A stretch of DNA of 64,000 nt from an uncultured Thermoleophilaceae bacterium. Lineage in GTDB: Bacteria > Actinomycetota > Thermoleophilia > Solirubrobacterales > Thermoleophilaceae. The DNA lies in assembly GCA_963778615.1 (NCBI GenBank), contig CAVZVD010000011.1:189915-253914 (forward strand), in the 5' to 3' direction. Below are positions 26,101 through 35,588 of this stretch, piece after piece. The notes under the pieces were generated by a model. It saw nothing but the letters and a program-made list of their open reading frames with translations, was not told the origin of the DNA and searched no databases. The translations under genes and the position numbers were made by a program. Numbering within the stretch: the stretch's first letter is position 1; each line of letters begins with the position of its first letter.

Positions 26101-27493
26101 ATGACGGCGACTCGCACGTCGCTGCTCGCTCCGGAGCCGGACGGCGGCGTGCGGCTGGCGCTGTGGGTCGTGGCACTCGCCCTTCCCGTCCTCGGGCTCG
26201 TCCTCCTCCTCGCGGCGCCCGACACCGACGTCCAGTGGGAGCACCACCCGTCCCACTTCTGGCTCGTGCTGGCCGCGGGGCTGACGAGCGCGGCGCTTGC
26301 CTTCTCCACCTCGGCCGTCGCGCTGCAGGCGCTCCGACGCCCGCCTCTACCTCGTCTCGCTCGCCTTCCTCAGCGCCGCCGGGTTCCTCGGCCTCCACGC
26401 CCTCTCCACCCCCGGCGTGCTGCTCGACACGCCGAACCAGGGCTTCGCCGTGGCGACCCCGATCGGCCTGCTCCTGTCGAGTCTCTTCGCGGCCGCCTCG
26501 GCCCTGCCGCTGCGCCCCGACCGGGCCCAGGCGGTGATGCGGCACGCGCGGCTGCTGCGCGGCGTGCTCCTGGGCGCGATGGCCGTGTGGGCGGCGTGGT
26601 CGCTCCTCTCCGTGCCCCCGCTCGACGACCCCACGCCCGTCGAGCGCGCCTCGGGCCTGCTGCTGGCCGTGCCGGCGATCGCCCTCGTCCTCTACGCGTT
26701 CGCCGCCGCGCGCTACCTGGCCATGGCGATCCACTCCGGCTCGCCGATCCTGGTCGGCGTGACGAGCGCCTGGGTGCTCCTGGCCGAGGCGTGCATCTCC
26801 GTCGCCTTCGGGCGCAACTGGCACGCCAGCTGGTGGGAGTGGCACCTGCTCATGCTGGTCGCGTTCGGGGCGATCGCGGTGGTCGCCCGGCGCGAGGACG
26901 GCGAGGAGCGCTTCAGCGACCTGTACCTGGACCACACCGCCGCCGGCACGCGCGAGGTGAGCGTGCTGTTCGCCGACCTCGCCGGGTTCACCTCGTTCTC
27001 CGAGGGCCGCGAGCCGCGCGAGGTGTCGGAGATGCTGAACGCCTACTTCGAGGCGGCCATCCCGCCGATCGTGCGCGAGCACGGCGGCGAGATCGACCGC
27101 CTGATCGGCGACGCCATCATGGCCACCTGGGGAACCCGCGGCGACCAGCCCGACCACGCCGAGCGCGCCGTGAACGCGGCCGCGGCACTGCAGACGGAGA
27201 CCGCCCGCCTCGCGGCCGCGCACCCCGACTGGCCGCGCTTCCGGGCGGCGGTGAACACGGGTGAGGCGCTGGTGGGAGTGGTGGGCGCCGAGAGCGGGCG
27301 CAGCTACACCGTGATCGGCGACACCGTGAACGTGGCGGCGCGCCTGGAGAGCCGGGCGCCCACCGGCGGCGTGGTCGTCGGCGGCGCCACGCTCAAGGCC
27401 GTGCCGGGCCTGCGCGCCACCTCGCTCGGGGAGATCGAGGTGAAGGGCAAGCTCGAGCGGGTGGACGCGTACCTGCTGGACCTCAGGTCGTAG
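26101..27493 (+). CDS. Membrane-anchored class III adenylate/guanylate cyclase (frameshift near 26330 as assembled)
   Basis: The N-terminal TM region is in ORF 26101..27264, then continues in ORF 26297..27493. The cyclase core reads REVSVLFADLAGFTSFSEGREPREVSEMLNAYF...IGDAIMATWG...YTVIGDTVNVAARLES. Confidence 0.85.
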
Positions 27494-27900
27494 GCCCGGG
27501 CGGGCCGCACCGCGAGGATCACCCGCGTGATGGCGCACAGCCGGCCCTCGTCGTCGGTGAAGTTCACGTCCCACACCCATGAGGTGCGCCCGCGGTGCAG
27601 CGGCCGTCCCTCGGCGTGGATCTGGCCCTCCGTGACGGGGCGCAGGAAGGTCGTGTGGTTCGACTGCCCGACGGCCATGCTGCCGTTCCCGCTCACCTGC
27701 GCGTGGGTCGTGAGCGACACCATCGCCTCGGCCAGCGCCGCGTAGGCGCCCCCGTGCACGAGCCCCATCGGCTGCTGCACCCGACGCTCGACGGCGAAGC
27801 GCGCGCGGCAGCCGTCGGAGCTCGACTCGAGCAGCTCGAAGCCGAGCACGTCGTCCAGCGTGCCGGCTGCCGGATACGTCCCAACCGGCGAATCGCTCAT
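27304..27900 (-). CDS. PaaI-family hotdog thioesterase (the true stop is probably near 27484; the assembled ORF reads ~60 codons further into the cyclase gene)
   Basis: Part of ORF 27304..28182, from ATG 27900. MSDSPVGTYPAAGTLDDVLGFELLESSSDGCRARFAVERRVQQPMGLVHGGAYAALAEAMVS...GRTSWVWDVNFTDDEGRLCAITRVILAV. A 1-nt shift in the CCCGCCCGGGCC run would give a TGA at 27484-27486. Confidence 0.8.
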   Translation of the reverse strand: MSDSPVGTYPAAGTLDDVLGFELLESSSDGCRARFAVERRVQQPMGLVHGGAYAALAEAMVSLTTHAQVSGNGSMAVGQSNHTTFLRPVTEGQIHAEGRPLHRGRTSWVWDVNFTDDEGRLCAITRVILAVRPARAYDLRSSRYASTRSSLPFTSISPSEVARRPGTALSVAPPTTTPPVGARLSRRAATFTVSPITV

Positions 27901-27927
27901 CGCGTTCACACTACAGTTCGCCCTGCA

Positions 27928-28932
27928 TTGGCCACTTTCGACCAGCTGTCTGACGAGCAGCGGGCGATCGTCGAGCTGGTTCTCAAGCAGGGGAAGAGCT
28001 ACGACGAGCTGTCCGACATGCTCGGCCTCCCGGAGACCCGCGTGCGCGAGCTCGCGCGCGACGCCCTCGTCGACCTCGCCCCCATCACGGCCCGCGGGGT
28101 CGAGGAGGACTGGCGCGGCCAGCTCACCGACTACGTCCTGGGCCAGCAGGCCGGCCCGGAGGCGACCGCCACCCGCGGCCACCTGCGCCGCTCCGAGGCG
28201 GCCCGCGCCTGGACCAGCTCGCTGCTGGACGCGCTCGAGCAGCTCTACCCGAACGGCGACGTCCCCGCCATCCCCGACGGCGAACGCGGGCGGCGCGGCG
28301 CGGCGGCCGCGCCCAAGCCGGGCGGCGCCGAGACGGGCTCCCGCGGCCTCGCTTCCGGTGGCGCCGCGGCCGCCGGGCGCAGGCGCCTCCTGGCCGCCGC
28401 CGGAGTCCTCGTCCTCATCCTCGTGGTGGTGCTGCTCTGGCCCATCGGGGTCCTCACAGGCGGCGACGACGACGAGCCGAGCGAGGCGAGCGCGGGCTCA
28501 CAGAACCAGCCCCAGCAGGGGCAGGGAGGCGACGGCGCACCGATCCCGACCGGTACCCAGGGCCAGGCGATCATCGCCCGGCAGGAGGGCACGAACCAGA
28601 TCCTGGTCAACGCGTCCGGCCTCGAGCCCAGCACGCAGAACACCGCCTACCAGGTCTACCTCGCCAACTCCGAGGAGGACCGCAGGTCGCTCGGCGCGAC
28701 CGTGACCGACCAGCAGGGCAACCTCCAGGCCGGCGCCCCGCTGCCGAGGAACTTCGAGGACTACGAGTTCATCGACCTGGCGGCGGTGACGGTCGAGGGG
28801 CGCGGCGAGAACCAGCGCTTCGAGGAGGGCGCCACCGTCCTCCGCGGCCTCCTGGAGCTGCGCGACAACCCCCGCACGCGCAACGGGATCACGCTGCTCG
28901 GCCAGGTCCAGCTGCGCCCGCTGCCCGAGTAG
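27928..28932 (+). CDS. Membrane protein with N-terminal sigma-70 region-4-like HTH and C-terminal anti-sigma-K (RskA)-like domain
   Basis: C-terminal 335 aa of ORF 27595..28932, from in-frame TTG 27928. FDQLSDEQRAIVELVLKQGKSYDELSDMLGLPETRVRELARDAL; one TM helix (LLAAAGVLVLILVVVLLWPIGVL); the extracytoplasmic part ...TAYQVYLANSEEDRRSLGATVTDQQGNLQ... resembles the RskA C-domain. Confidence 0.65.
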   Translation: MATFDQLSDEQRAIVELVLKQGKSYDELSDMLGLPETRVRELARDALVDLAPITARGVEEDWRGQLTDYVLGQQAGPEATATRGHLRRSEAARAWTSSLLDALEQLYPNGDVPAIPDGERGRRGAAAAPKPGGAETGSRGLASGGAAAAGRRRLLAAAGVLVLILVVVLLWPIGVLTGGDDDEPSEASAGSQNQPQQGQGGDGAPIPTGTQGQAIIARQEGTNQILVNASGLEPSTQNTAYQVYLANSEEDRRSLGATVTDQQGNLQAGAPLPRNFEDYEFIDLAAVTVEGRGENQRFEEGATVLRGLLELRDNPRTRNGITLLGQVQLRPLPE

Positions 28933-28941
28933 CGGCCGGCG

Positions 28942-30096
28942 CTACGCCCCGCGCGGCGTGAAGCTGCAGTCCATCCGCTTCACCCCGCGGATGAACGCGC
29001 TCGCCAGCGGATCGGGCTCCTCCACCTCGATGTCCGGCACCTGGGTGAGCAGCTCGCCGAAGATCGACCGGAGCTGCGTGCGAGCCAGCGAGGCGCCCAG
29101 GCAGTAGTGCGGCCCGCCGCCGCCGAAGCCGACGTGGTAGTTCGGGTCGCGGGTCACGTCGAACCGGCCCGGCTCGTCGAAGGCCTGCTCGTCGCGGTTG
29201 CCGGACAGGAACCACATCACGACCTTGTCGCCGGGCTCGAGCCGCTCTCCGTGCAGCTCGACCTCGCGCGTCACCGTGCGGCGGAAGTGGAGCACGGGCG
29301 TCGCCCAGCGCACGAACTCCTCCACCGCCTGCGGAAGGCGGCCCTCGAGGTCGTCCTGCAGCAGGGCCCGCTGATCGGGATGCAGCGTCAGCGCCCGCAT
29401 CGCGTGCGAGGTGGTGTGGCGGGTCGTGTCGTTGCCGGCGACCGACAGCAGCACGAACCAGGCCGAGATCTCGGCATGGGTCAGCCGCTCGCCGTCGATC
29501 TCGGCCTCGACCAGCGCCGTCATCAGGTCGTCGGCCGGCTTGCGCTCGCGATGCGCGGCGAGCTCGCCCGCGAACTGCGACAGGGTCCAGATCGCCTCCC
29601 CCATCACCGCCATCGGCTCGCGCCCGGCGAGGAACCGCTCGTCGCCGGTCGAGACCAGGGCGTCCGCCGCGGCCACGACTCGCTCGCGGTCCGAGTCGGG
29701 CACCCCGATCATGTCCGAGATCGTCTGGAGCGGCAGCCGCTTCGCGATCAGGGACACGAAGTCACCGCCGCCGGCCGGCGCGGCCTCGGCGACGATCCGC
29801 TTCGCCGACCGCCGGATGCCCTCCTCGATGCGGGCGACCTGCCGCGGCGTGAAGGCGGAGGACACGAGGCCGCGCAGCTTGGTGTGGCGGGGCGCGTCCA
29901 TGCTGATGAAGGAGAGCGTGGCCTCCCGGATCTCGAGCGGCGCGTCGCCCGCGAGCACGCCCTCGCCGGAGCAGAACGTCTGCGGGTCGCGGGAGATGCG
30001 CCTGATGTCCTCGTAGCGGACGATCGAGCGGTAGCCGGTCGGGTTCTCCTGGAGCAAGCCGACGAGCTCGTCCTCGACCGGCGGCATCGGGGCCAT
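28942..30096 (-). CDS. Cytochrome P450 (the conserved N-terminal extension continues upstream to ~30219 without a canonical start)
   Basis: ORF 28942..30096 (384 aa). AGNDTT I-helix, EEFVRW (ExxR), and haem loop HVGFGGGGPHYCLGASLA. The in-frame upstream peptide DIAVDLSDPASIDTGSTAFWRLSDEERDEAFAVLRRDAP looks like a genuine P450 N-terminus. Confidence 0.9.
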   Translation of the reverse strand: MAPMPPVEDELVGLLQENPTGYRSIVRYEDIRRISRDPQTFCSGEGVLAGDAPLEIREATLSFISMDAPRHTKLRGLVSSAFTPRQVARIEEGIRRSAKRIVAEAAPAGGGDFVSLIAKRLPLQTISDMIGVPDSDRERVVAAADALVSTGDERFLAGREPMAVMGEAIWTLSQFAGELAAHRERKPADDLMTALVEAEIDGERLTHAEISAWFVLLSVAGNDTTRHTTSHAMRALTLHPDQRALLQDDLEGRLPQAVEEFVRWATPVLHFRRTVTREVELHGERLEPGDKVVMWFLSGNRDEQAFDEPGRFDVTRDPNYHVGFGGGGPHYCLGASLARTQLRSIFGELLTQVPDIEVEEPDPLASAFIRGVKRMDCSFTPRGA

Positions 30097-30246
30097 CGGG
30101 GCGTCGCGGCGCAGGACGGCGAACGCCTCGTCGCGCTCCTCGTCTGACAGGCGCCAGAAGGCGGTGCTGCCGGTGTCGATCGAGGCCGGGTCGCTGAGGT
30201 CGACGGCGATGTCGTGACTCTAACCAGGGCGGCTATCGTCAGGGGC

Positions 30247-30516
30247 ATGTGTCGCAACATCCGCACGCTCCACAACTTCGAGCCTCCGGCCACCGACGAC
30301 GAGGTTCGCTCGGCGGCGCTCCAGTACGTCCGCAAGATCAGCGGCTACACGAAGCCCTCGCAGGCCAACGCCGAGGCCTTCGAGCGCGCCGTGGACGCCG
30401 TGGCGGCGGCCTCGGCTGAGCTGCTCGGCGAGCTCGTGACGACCGCTCCGCCGAAGGACCGCGAGATCGAGGCCGCCAAGAAGCGCGCCAGGGCCGCCGA
30501 GCGGTACGCCGCTTAG
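30247..30516 (+). CDS. DUF2277 family protein
   Basis: Within ORF 30214..30516. ATG 30247 gives MCRNIRTLHNFEPPATDDEVRSAALQYVRKISGYTKPSQAN, which matches my memory of DUF2277. TATCGT lies 7 nt upstream (leaderless-type arrangement). Confidence 0.85.
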   Translation: MCRNIRTLHNFEPPATDDEVRSAALQYVRKISGYTKPSQANAEAFERAVDAVAAASAELLGELVTTAPPKDREIEAAKKRARAAERYAA

Positions 30517-30555
30517 CTCAAGCTTCTCCGCGCCGCTGCCGACGCACGTAGTGCG

Positions 30556-32464
30556 ATGGCGCGGCCCCCGCACCCGACGCCGGAAGTGGCCCGCGCGCGC
30601 CGTTACGCCGCCCGAGTGCGGATCCTGCTTGCCGTCGTGGGCGGCGGGCTGCTCGCGGTAGACCCCGCCGTGACCTCCCACCCGGTGCCCGCGGCGATCG
30701 GATTCGCGGTGATCGGCGTGACCGGCATCGTCGAGTGGGCGGTCCAGAACGAGCGCTGGCTCGCCGTGGAGGAGGCGCTCTCGTGCGTCGCGGTCGTCTG
30801 CATGGTCGGCTGGAGCGGCGGCGACGTGAACCTCGTCAGCATGCTCTGGCTCGTGGCCGCCGCAAGCGGCGTGCTCGCCCGCGGCGGGCGGGTCGGCGTC
30901 GTCGGCCGCGTGGTCGTGGTCGGGACGCTGCTCTCCCCGATCGTCACCCAGGGCACGATGACCCCCGAGGCGATCGGCTTCGGCGCCGCGTCGATCGCCC
31001 TGCTCCTGGCCACCGGCCGGATCTCGCGCGAGACGGCCGAGCTGCTCCACCGGGCCCGGCACGACGCCGCGCACGACTCGCTCACCGGCCTGCTGTCGCG
31101 CGCCTCCTTCCGTTCCCAGGTCGACCGCCTGACGGGGGTGGCGACGACGGAGCGGCCCGCCACGCTGATCGCCATCGACCTGGACGACTTCGGCGCGATC
31201 AACAAGCGCCTCGGCCACGCGGCCGGCGACCGGCTGCTCGTGCAGGCGGCCCGGGCCATGGAGGAGACGCTGCGCGAGGGCGACGTGCTGGGCCGGCTCG
31301 GCGGCGACGAGTTCGCCGCGCTCGTGTTCTGCGACGACCCCGTGCCGGTGGCCGAGCGGCTGCTCGACGCGGTCGCCTCGAACGGCGTGCGCGGCTCGTC
31401 GGGCTGCGCCGGAATCGCCAGCGCCCCGCACGACGGAATCGGTGCCGAGGCGCTCCTCGCCGCCGCCGACGTGGCGCTCCGGATCTCGAAGCGCGCCGGC
31501 AAGCAGGCCGTGAGCATCTACCAGGGCGCGCCGATCGCGGCGGGAGGAGCCGATGGCGCCCGGGCGGCGCTGGAGCGCCTCTGCCACGGCTACGGCCTGC
31601 GGATGGAGACCCAGCCGATCGTCGACCTGGAGAGCGGCCGCATCCACGCCTACGAGGCGCTGGCGCGCTTCGCCACCCGCGGCGGCGAGGGTCCGCTGCA
31701 CTGGTTCGCGCTGGCGGACGAGTTCGGCCTGCGGGCGGAGCTCGAGCTGGCCTGCCTCGAGGCGTCGCTCGCCCTGCTGCCGAAGCTGCCGGAGGACACC
31801 CGGCTGAGCGCCAACCTGTCCGCGCCGCTGCTCGTCGACACTCGCACGTCCGATCTGCTCGACGCCTCCGAGGACCTCTCGCGTCTGATCATCGAGGTGA
31901 CGGAGGAGACGCTGGTGCGGCACGGCGAGGCGATCGACCGCACGCTGGCGAGCCTGAGGCGCCGCGGCGTCCAGTTCGCGGTGGACGACGTGGGCGCCGG
32001 GTACTCGGGCCTCAGCCAGCTCGCCACGCTCGCGGCCCACCTACCTCAAGCTCGACCGCGGCCTCGTGAGCGAGATCGCCCGCGAGCCGGCCCGGGTGGA
32101 GCTGGTGCGGGCGCTGTCGGTCTACGCCCGCGGCACCGGCGGCATGCTGGTGGCGGAGGGCGTCGAGACCGCGGAGCAGCTCGCCCACGTGCGCGCCGCG
32201 GGAGCGCCGCTCGCGCAGGGCTACCTGCTCGCCCGGCCCGGCGCGCCCTGGCCGCAGCTCGACGAGAACGCCCGCGCGCTAGTCGGGGAGCAGCTTGCCG
32301 GGGTTCATGATCCCGGCGGGGTCGAGCCGCTGCTTGGCGGCGCGGATGAGGTCGAGCCCGACCTCGCCCACCTCGGCGGGCATCCAGGCGGCGTGGTCGC
32401 GGCCGACGGCGTGGTGGTGGGTGATGGTGCCGCCCGCGGCCAGGATCGCCTCGCTGGCGGCTGA
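30556..32464 (+). CDS. Membrane GGDEF-EAL protein (diguanylate cyclase/phosphodiesterase); frameshift near 32035; the true 3' end is probably ~32280-32300
   Basis: ORF 30556..32310: TM region, HDSLTGLLSR, an RxxD I-site plus GGDEF (LREGDVLGRLGGDEFAAL), and EAL (HAYEALARF, DDVGAGYSGLSQL). The continuation YLKLDRGLVSEIAREPARVELVRALSVYARGTGGMLVAEGVETAEQ...AQGYLLARP is in ORF 32066..32464. Confidence 0.85.
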
Positions 32465-33901
32465 CTTCGCCGCGCGCCATTGTTCGAGCGGCGCGTCCGA
32501 CTGGCGCGCCAGGAAGGTGAAGTAGAGCGAGGCGCCCGAGCGGTACAGGTGCGACACGTGGCACATGACCACCGGCGGCGTGCCGGCGTCGGTCAGCGAG
32601 CGGCGCAGGGCGCCGCCAACCGCGTCGTACAGCGCCTCGAGGCCGCTCCAGCTCCCCGCCGTCTCGAGCGTCTCGATCAGCAGGCCGCGGTCGAGCAGCT
32701 CGTCGCGCAGGTAGGGGCCCGCGTAGCGGCCGCGGAGCCACGCCTCCCCCGGCCTCCGCCCCAGCCTGATCCCCCCGCCCGCTCGCAGCAGCGCCGCGGC
32801 GCGCAGGCGGCGCCGCTCCACGTCCTCCTCCTCGCCCTCGAACCCCGTGATGGCCAGGCAGCCGCCCTCGTGGCCGCGCATGCGCATGTAGGCGCGCCTC
32901 GCCTTCTCGGCGGCGCCGCCCGCGCGGGAGGCGAGCGCGATCGCGAGGCGCGTCTCCTCCTCGTCCGAGAGCCGCGCCACGTCGGGTGCGGCGTCGGCCT
33001 GCTCCATCACCCTGAAGGCCTCGCGGCCCTCGGCGAAGGAGCGGAACGACCAGCCCTCGTAGCGGCGCACCTCCGGCACGGGCCGCACGCGCAGGGTGGC
33101 CTCGCAGATCACGCCCAGCACCCCCTCGGAGCCCACCACCAGCTCACCCAGGTCGGGACCGGCCGCGCTGGCCGGCACGGCGCGGCGGCGGATCTCGCCG
33201 GCGGGGGCGACGAGCCGCAGGCCCTCGACCAGCTCGTCGATCCGCCCGTACCCGCTCGAGGCCTGCCCGGCCGAGCGCGTGGCGACCCAGCCGCCCACCG
33301 TGGAGTACTCGAAGGACTGCGGGAAGTGGCCGAGCGTCACGCCCTGCTCGCCCAGCAGGCGCTCGGCCTCGGGGCCCAGCAGGCCCGCCTCGAGCGTCGC
33401 GGTCAGCGAGGCGCGGTCGACGTCGAGGACCCGGTCGAGCCGGCGCAGGTCGAGCGCCACGGCGCCGTCGAAGCCGTCCGAGAAGGGCTCCACGCCGCCC
33501 ACCACGCTGGTGCCGCCCCCGAACGGCACCACCGCCACGCGCGCCTCCGAGCAGGCCTCGAGAACCGCCCGGATCTCGTCTGCCGTGCGCGGCGCCACGA
33601 CGGCGTCGGGGGCGCGGGACGGGTCACCGGAGCGCAGGCGCAGCAGGTCCGGGTAGCTGCGCCCCGCCGCGTGCTCGACGCGCGCCGCGCGGTCGTCCAG
33701 CACGTGCTCCGCCCCCACCGCCGCCTCGAGCCGTGCCCGGGCGGCGCCCGGCAGGCGCGGCTCCGGCAGCCGCACCTCCTCGAGCGCCACGTGCTCGTGC
33801 CGGACGGAGAGGTCGGCGCCGAGCTCGTCGCGCAGCAGCGCAGTCGCCGGCTCGGGCAGGGAGACCTGATGGCCGTCCTCGCCCCAGCCCCACCACCTCA
33901 T
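32279..33901 (-). CDS. FAD-linked oxidase (alkyl-DHAP synthase/GlcD-like)
   Basis: Within ORF 32279..34117. ATG 33901 (MRWWGWGEDG) overlaps the upstream stop (ATGA). VVPFGGGTSVVGG is the FAD-binding motif. C-terminal ...HHHAVGRDHAAW...DPAGIMNPGKLL. Intact over 1.6 kb. Confidence 0.9.
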   Translation of the reverse strand: MRWWGWGEDGHQVSLPEPATALLRDELGADLSVRHEHVALEEVRLPEPRLPGAARARLEAAVGAEHVLDDRAARVEHAAGRSYPDLLRLRSGDPSRAPDAVVAPRTADEIRAVLEACSEARVAVVPFGGGTSVVGGVEPFSDGFDGAVALDLRRLDRVLDVDRASLTATLEAGLLGPEAERLLGEQGVTLGHFPQSFEYSTVGGWVATRSAGQASSGYGRIDELVEGLRLVAPAGEIRRRAVPASAAGPDLGELVVGSEGVLGVICEATLRVRPVPEVRRYEGWSFRSFAEGREAFRVMEQADAAPDVARLSDEEETRLAIALASRAGGAAEKARRAYMRMRGHEGGCLAITGFEGEEEDVERRRLRAAALLRAGGGIRLGRRPGEAWLRGRYAGPYLRDELLDRGLLIETLETAGSWSGLEALYDAVGGALRRSLTDAGTPPVVMCHVSHLYRSGASLYFTFLARQSDAPLEQWRAAKSAASEAILAAGGTITHHHAVGRDHAAWMPAEVGEVGLDLIRAAKQRLDPAGIMNPGKLLPD

Positions 33902-34332
33902 GGCTCGAAGACCGCCTTCAGGCCATCCAGCGCGCCCTGGACCTGTCGCACGCCTGCGCTGCGGAACTGGAGCGGGGCGAAGCGCGCCCAGCCGCGTGGC
34001 TTCTGGTCGAGCGTGACCGTGACCCTGGTTCCGTCCTCGTCGGGCACCAGGGCAATCTCCGTGGCCGCCGCGGCGAGGATCCGCTCGAACGGCGACTCCT
34101 CCACCTCCTGGCGCCACACCACGCGGCGCTCCGGCTCGATTTCGAGCCGCGTGTAGTCAGCCCGTACGACCTTCCCCTTCGGGGAGCTCAGCACGGTCGT
34201 CCAGGTTTCGGGCGTGGCCTCCTCCACTCGCGTGACCCCGGGCCACCACTGGGCCAGCCGCGCCGGGTCGCTCACCAGGCGCCAGACCTCCTCCGCCGGC
34301 GCCGGCACCAGCGTCTCGCGCCGAACAATCAC
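33898..34332 (-). CDS. SRPBCC (START/polyketide cyclase-like) family protein
   Basis: ORF 33898..34332 (144 aa). MIVRRETLVPAPAEEVWRLVSDPARLAQWWPGV... Confidence 0.8.
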   Translation of the reverse strand: MIVRRETLVPAPAEEVWRLVSDPARLAQWWPGVTRVEEATPETWTTVLSSPKGKVVRADYTRLEIEPERRVVWRQEVEESPFERILAAAATEIALVPDEDGTRVTVTLDQKPRGWARFAPLQFRSAGVRQVQGALDGLKAVFEP

Positions 34333-34856
34333 CCCTCGTCGTACACGACGAGCGAGTGGACGTCATACCCGGCCAGCCGCTCGCGCCCGTTCAGGAAGCC
34401 GAGCTCGATCACGAACGCGCATCCTGCCACGACGCCGCCGGCCTGTTCGACCAGGTCGCACAGCGCCCGCGCGGTGCCGCCGGTGGCGAGCAGGTCGTCG
34501 TGCACCAGCACGCGCGCACCACCGCGCACCGCGTCGGCATGCATCTCGAGAGCGTCCACCCCGTACTCGAGCTGGTACTCGACCGAGGACACCTCGCGCG
34601 GCAGCTTCCCGGGCTTCCGGCCCAGGATGAACCCGGCGCCCGCAGCGGCGGCCACGGCGGCGCCGAGCACGAAGCCCCGGGCCTCCGCCGATGCCACGTA
34701 GTCGATCTGCTTGGAGCGGGCGAAGTCGGCCAGCTCGTCGATCGCGTGCCGTAGCGCCTCGGGGTCGAGGAACAGCGTCGTGACGTCGTAGAAGAGGATC
34801 CCCGGCTTGGGGAAGTCGGGCACTCGCCCGATGTGCTTGTCGAGGTCGACAGTCAG
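34329..34856 (-). CDS. apt: Adenine phosphoribosyltransferase (no ATG/GTG/TTG at the conserved N-terminus; possible CTG start at 34856)
   Basis: C-terminal part of ORF 34329..36038. TVDLDKHIGRVPDFPKPGILFYDVTTLFLDPEAL...VLVHDDLLATGGTA (PRPP motif). It begins right at the stop of the upstream MerR gene (34853). Confidence 0.85.
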   Translation of the reverse strand: MTVDLDKHIGRVPDFPKPGILFYDVTTLFLDPEALRHAIDELADFARSKQIDYVASAEARGFVLGAAVAAAAGAGFILGRKPGKLPREVSSVEYQLEYGVDALEMHADAVRGGARVLVHDDLLATGGTARALCDLVEQAGGVVAGCAFVIELGFLNGRERLAGYDVHSLVVYDEG

Positions 34857-35588
34857 CGGGCGAGCTTCCGCAGGTCCCGGATCAGCAGCAGGTGCTTCAG
34901 GTGCGACGCGATGGCGGCCAGGTTCTCGAGCGCCTCCACCGCCTCCTTGCGCCGCTCGGGGTTCCGCGACCGCAGCGCCGGGGCGAGGATCTGCTCGAGC
35001 AGCGCCGCCTCGCGGTCCGCCGAGGTGCGGAACACGCGCAGGTTGCGACCGCCCACGCCGAAGCGCTTCAGCTCGGTCACGGCGCGCACTATCTCGCGCT
35101 CCGTGTCGTCGTAGAGCAGCTCGCCGTCGCGGCGCTCCGCCTTGATCACCCCGTAGTCCTCGAGCTCCTTGACGAGGCGCCGGGTCGGCGCCCGTTTCCT
35201 CGAGCACCTCCTCCAGGCGGTAGACCGAGCCCGGGCCGCGCAGCGCGAAGCTGGCCCGCCGCGCGGCCGGCCGCGGCTCCGGGGCGGAGGGCTGCGGCGA
35301 GTCGGAGTCCGCCCGGCCCGCGGCCAGCTCCTGGCGGATCACGCGGAGCGGCAGGAACTCGTCGCGCTGGAGGCGCAGGATCGTGCGCAGCCGGTCCACG
35401 TCCGCCGGGCCGTAGAGGCGGTAGCCGCCCGGCGTGCGCCGCGGCGCCAGCAGCTTCTGGTCCTCCAGGTAGCGGATCTTGGAGATCGAGATCTCCGGGA
35501 ACTCGCGCTCGAGCTGCTTGACGACCGCACCGATCGTGAGCGCCTTCTCCTTGCGGGGCTGGGGGCCTCCCGCTACCTCTGTGCTCAT
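34853..35588 (-). CDS. MerR-family regulator (FtsR-like, by position next to the FHA gene); frameshift near 35175 as assembled
   Basis: ATG 35588 overlaps the FHA stop (ATGA). MSTEVAGGPQPRKEKALTIGAVVKQLEREFPEISISKIRYLEDQKLLAPRRTPGGYRLYGPADVDRLRTILRLQRDEFLPLRVIRQEL is in the ORF 34329..36038 frame. The C-terminus RLVKELEDYGVIKAERRDGELLYDDTEREIVRAVTELKRFG... is in ORF 34853..35149. Confidence 0.85.

Noticed and set aside
26024-27580. 518-aa minus-strand ORF
   Set aside because: It is antisense to the adenylate cyclase gene, and no motifs are recognisable.
30220-32040. 606-aa minus-strand ORF
   Set aside because: It is antisense to the GGDEF-EAL gene, whose plus-strand frame carries the GGDEF, RxxD and EAL motifs.
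32480-34156. 558-aa plus-strand ORF
   Set aside because: It is antisense to the intact FAD-linked oxidase and SRPBCC genes. It has a shadow-ORF composition.
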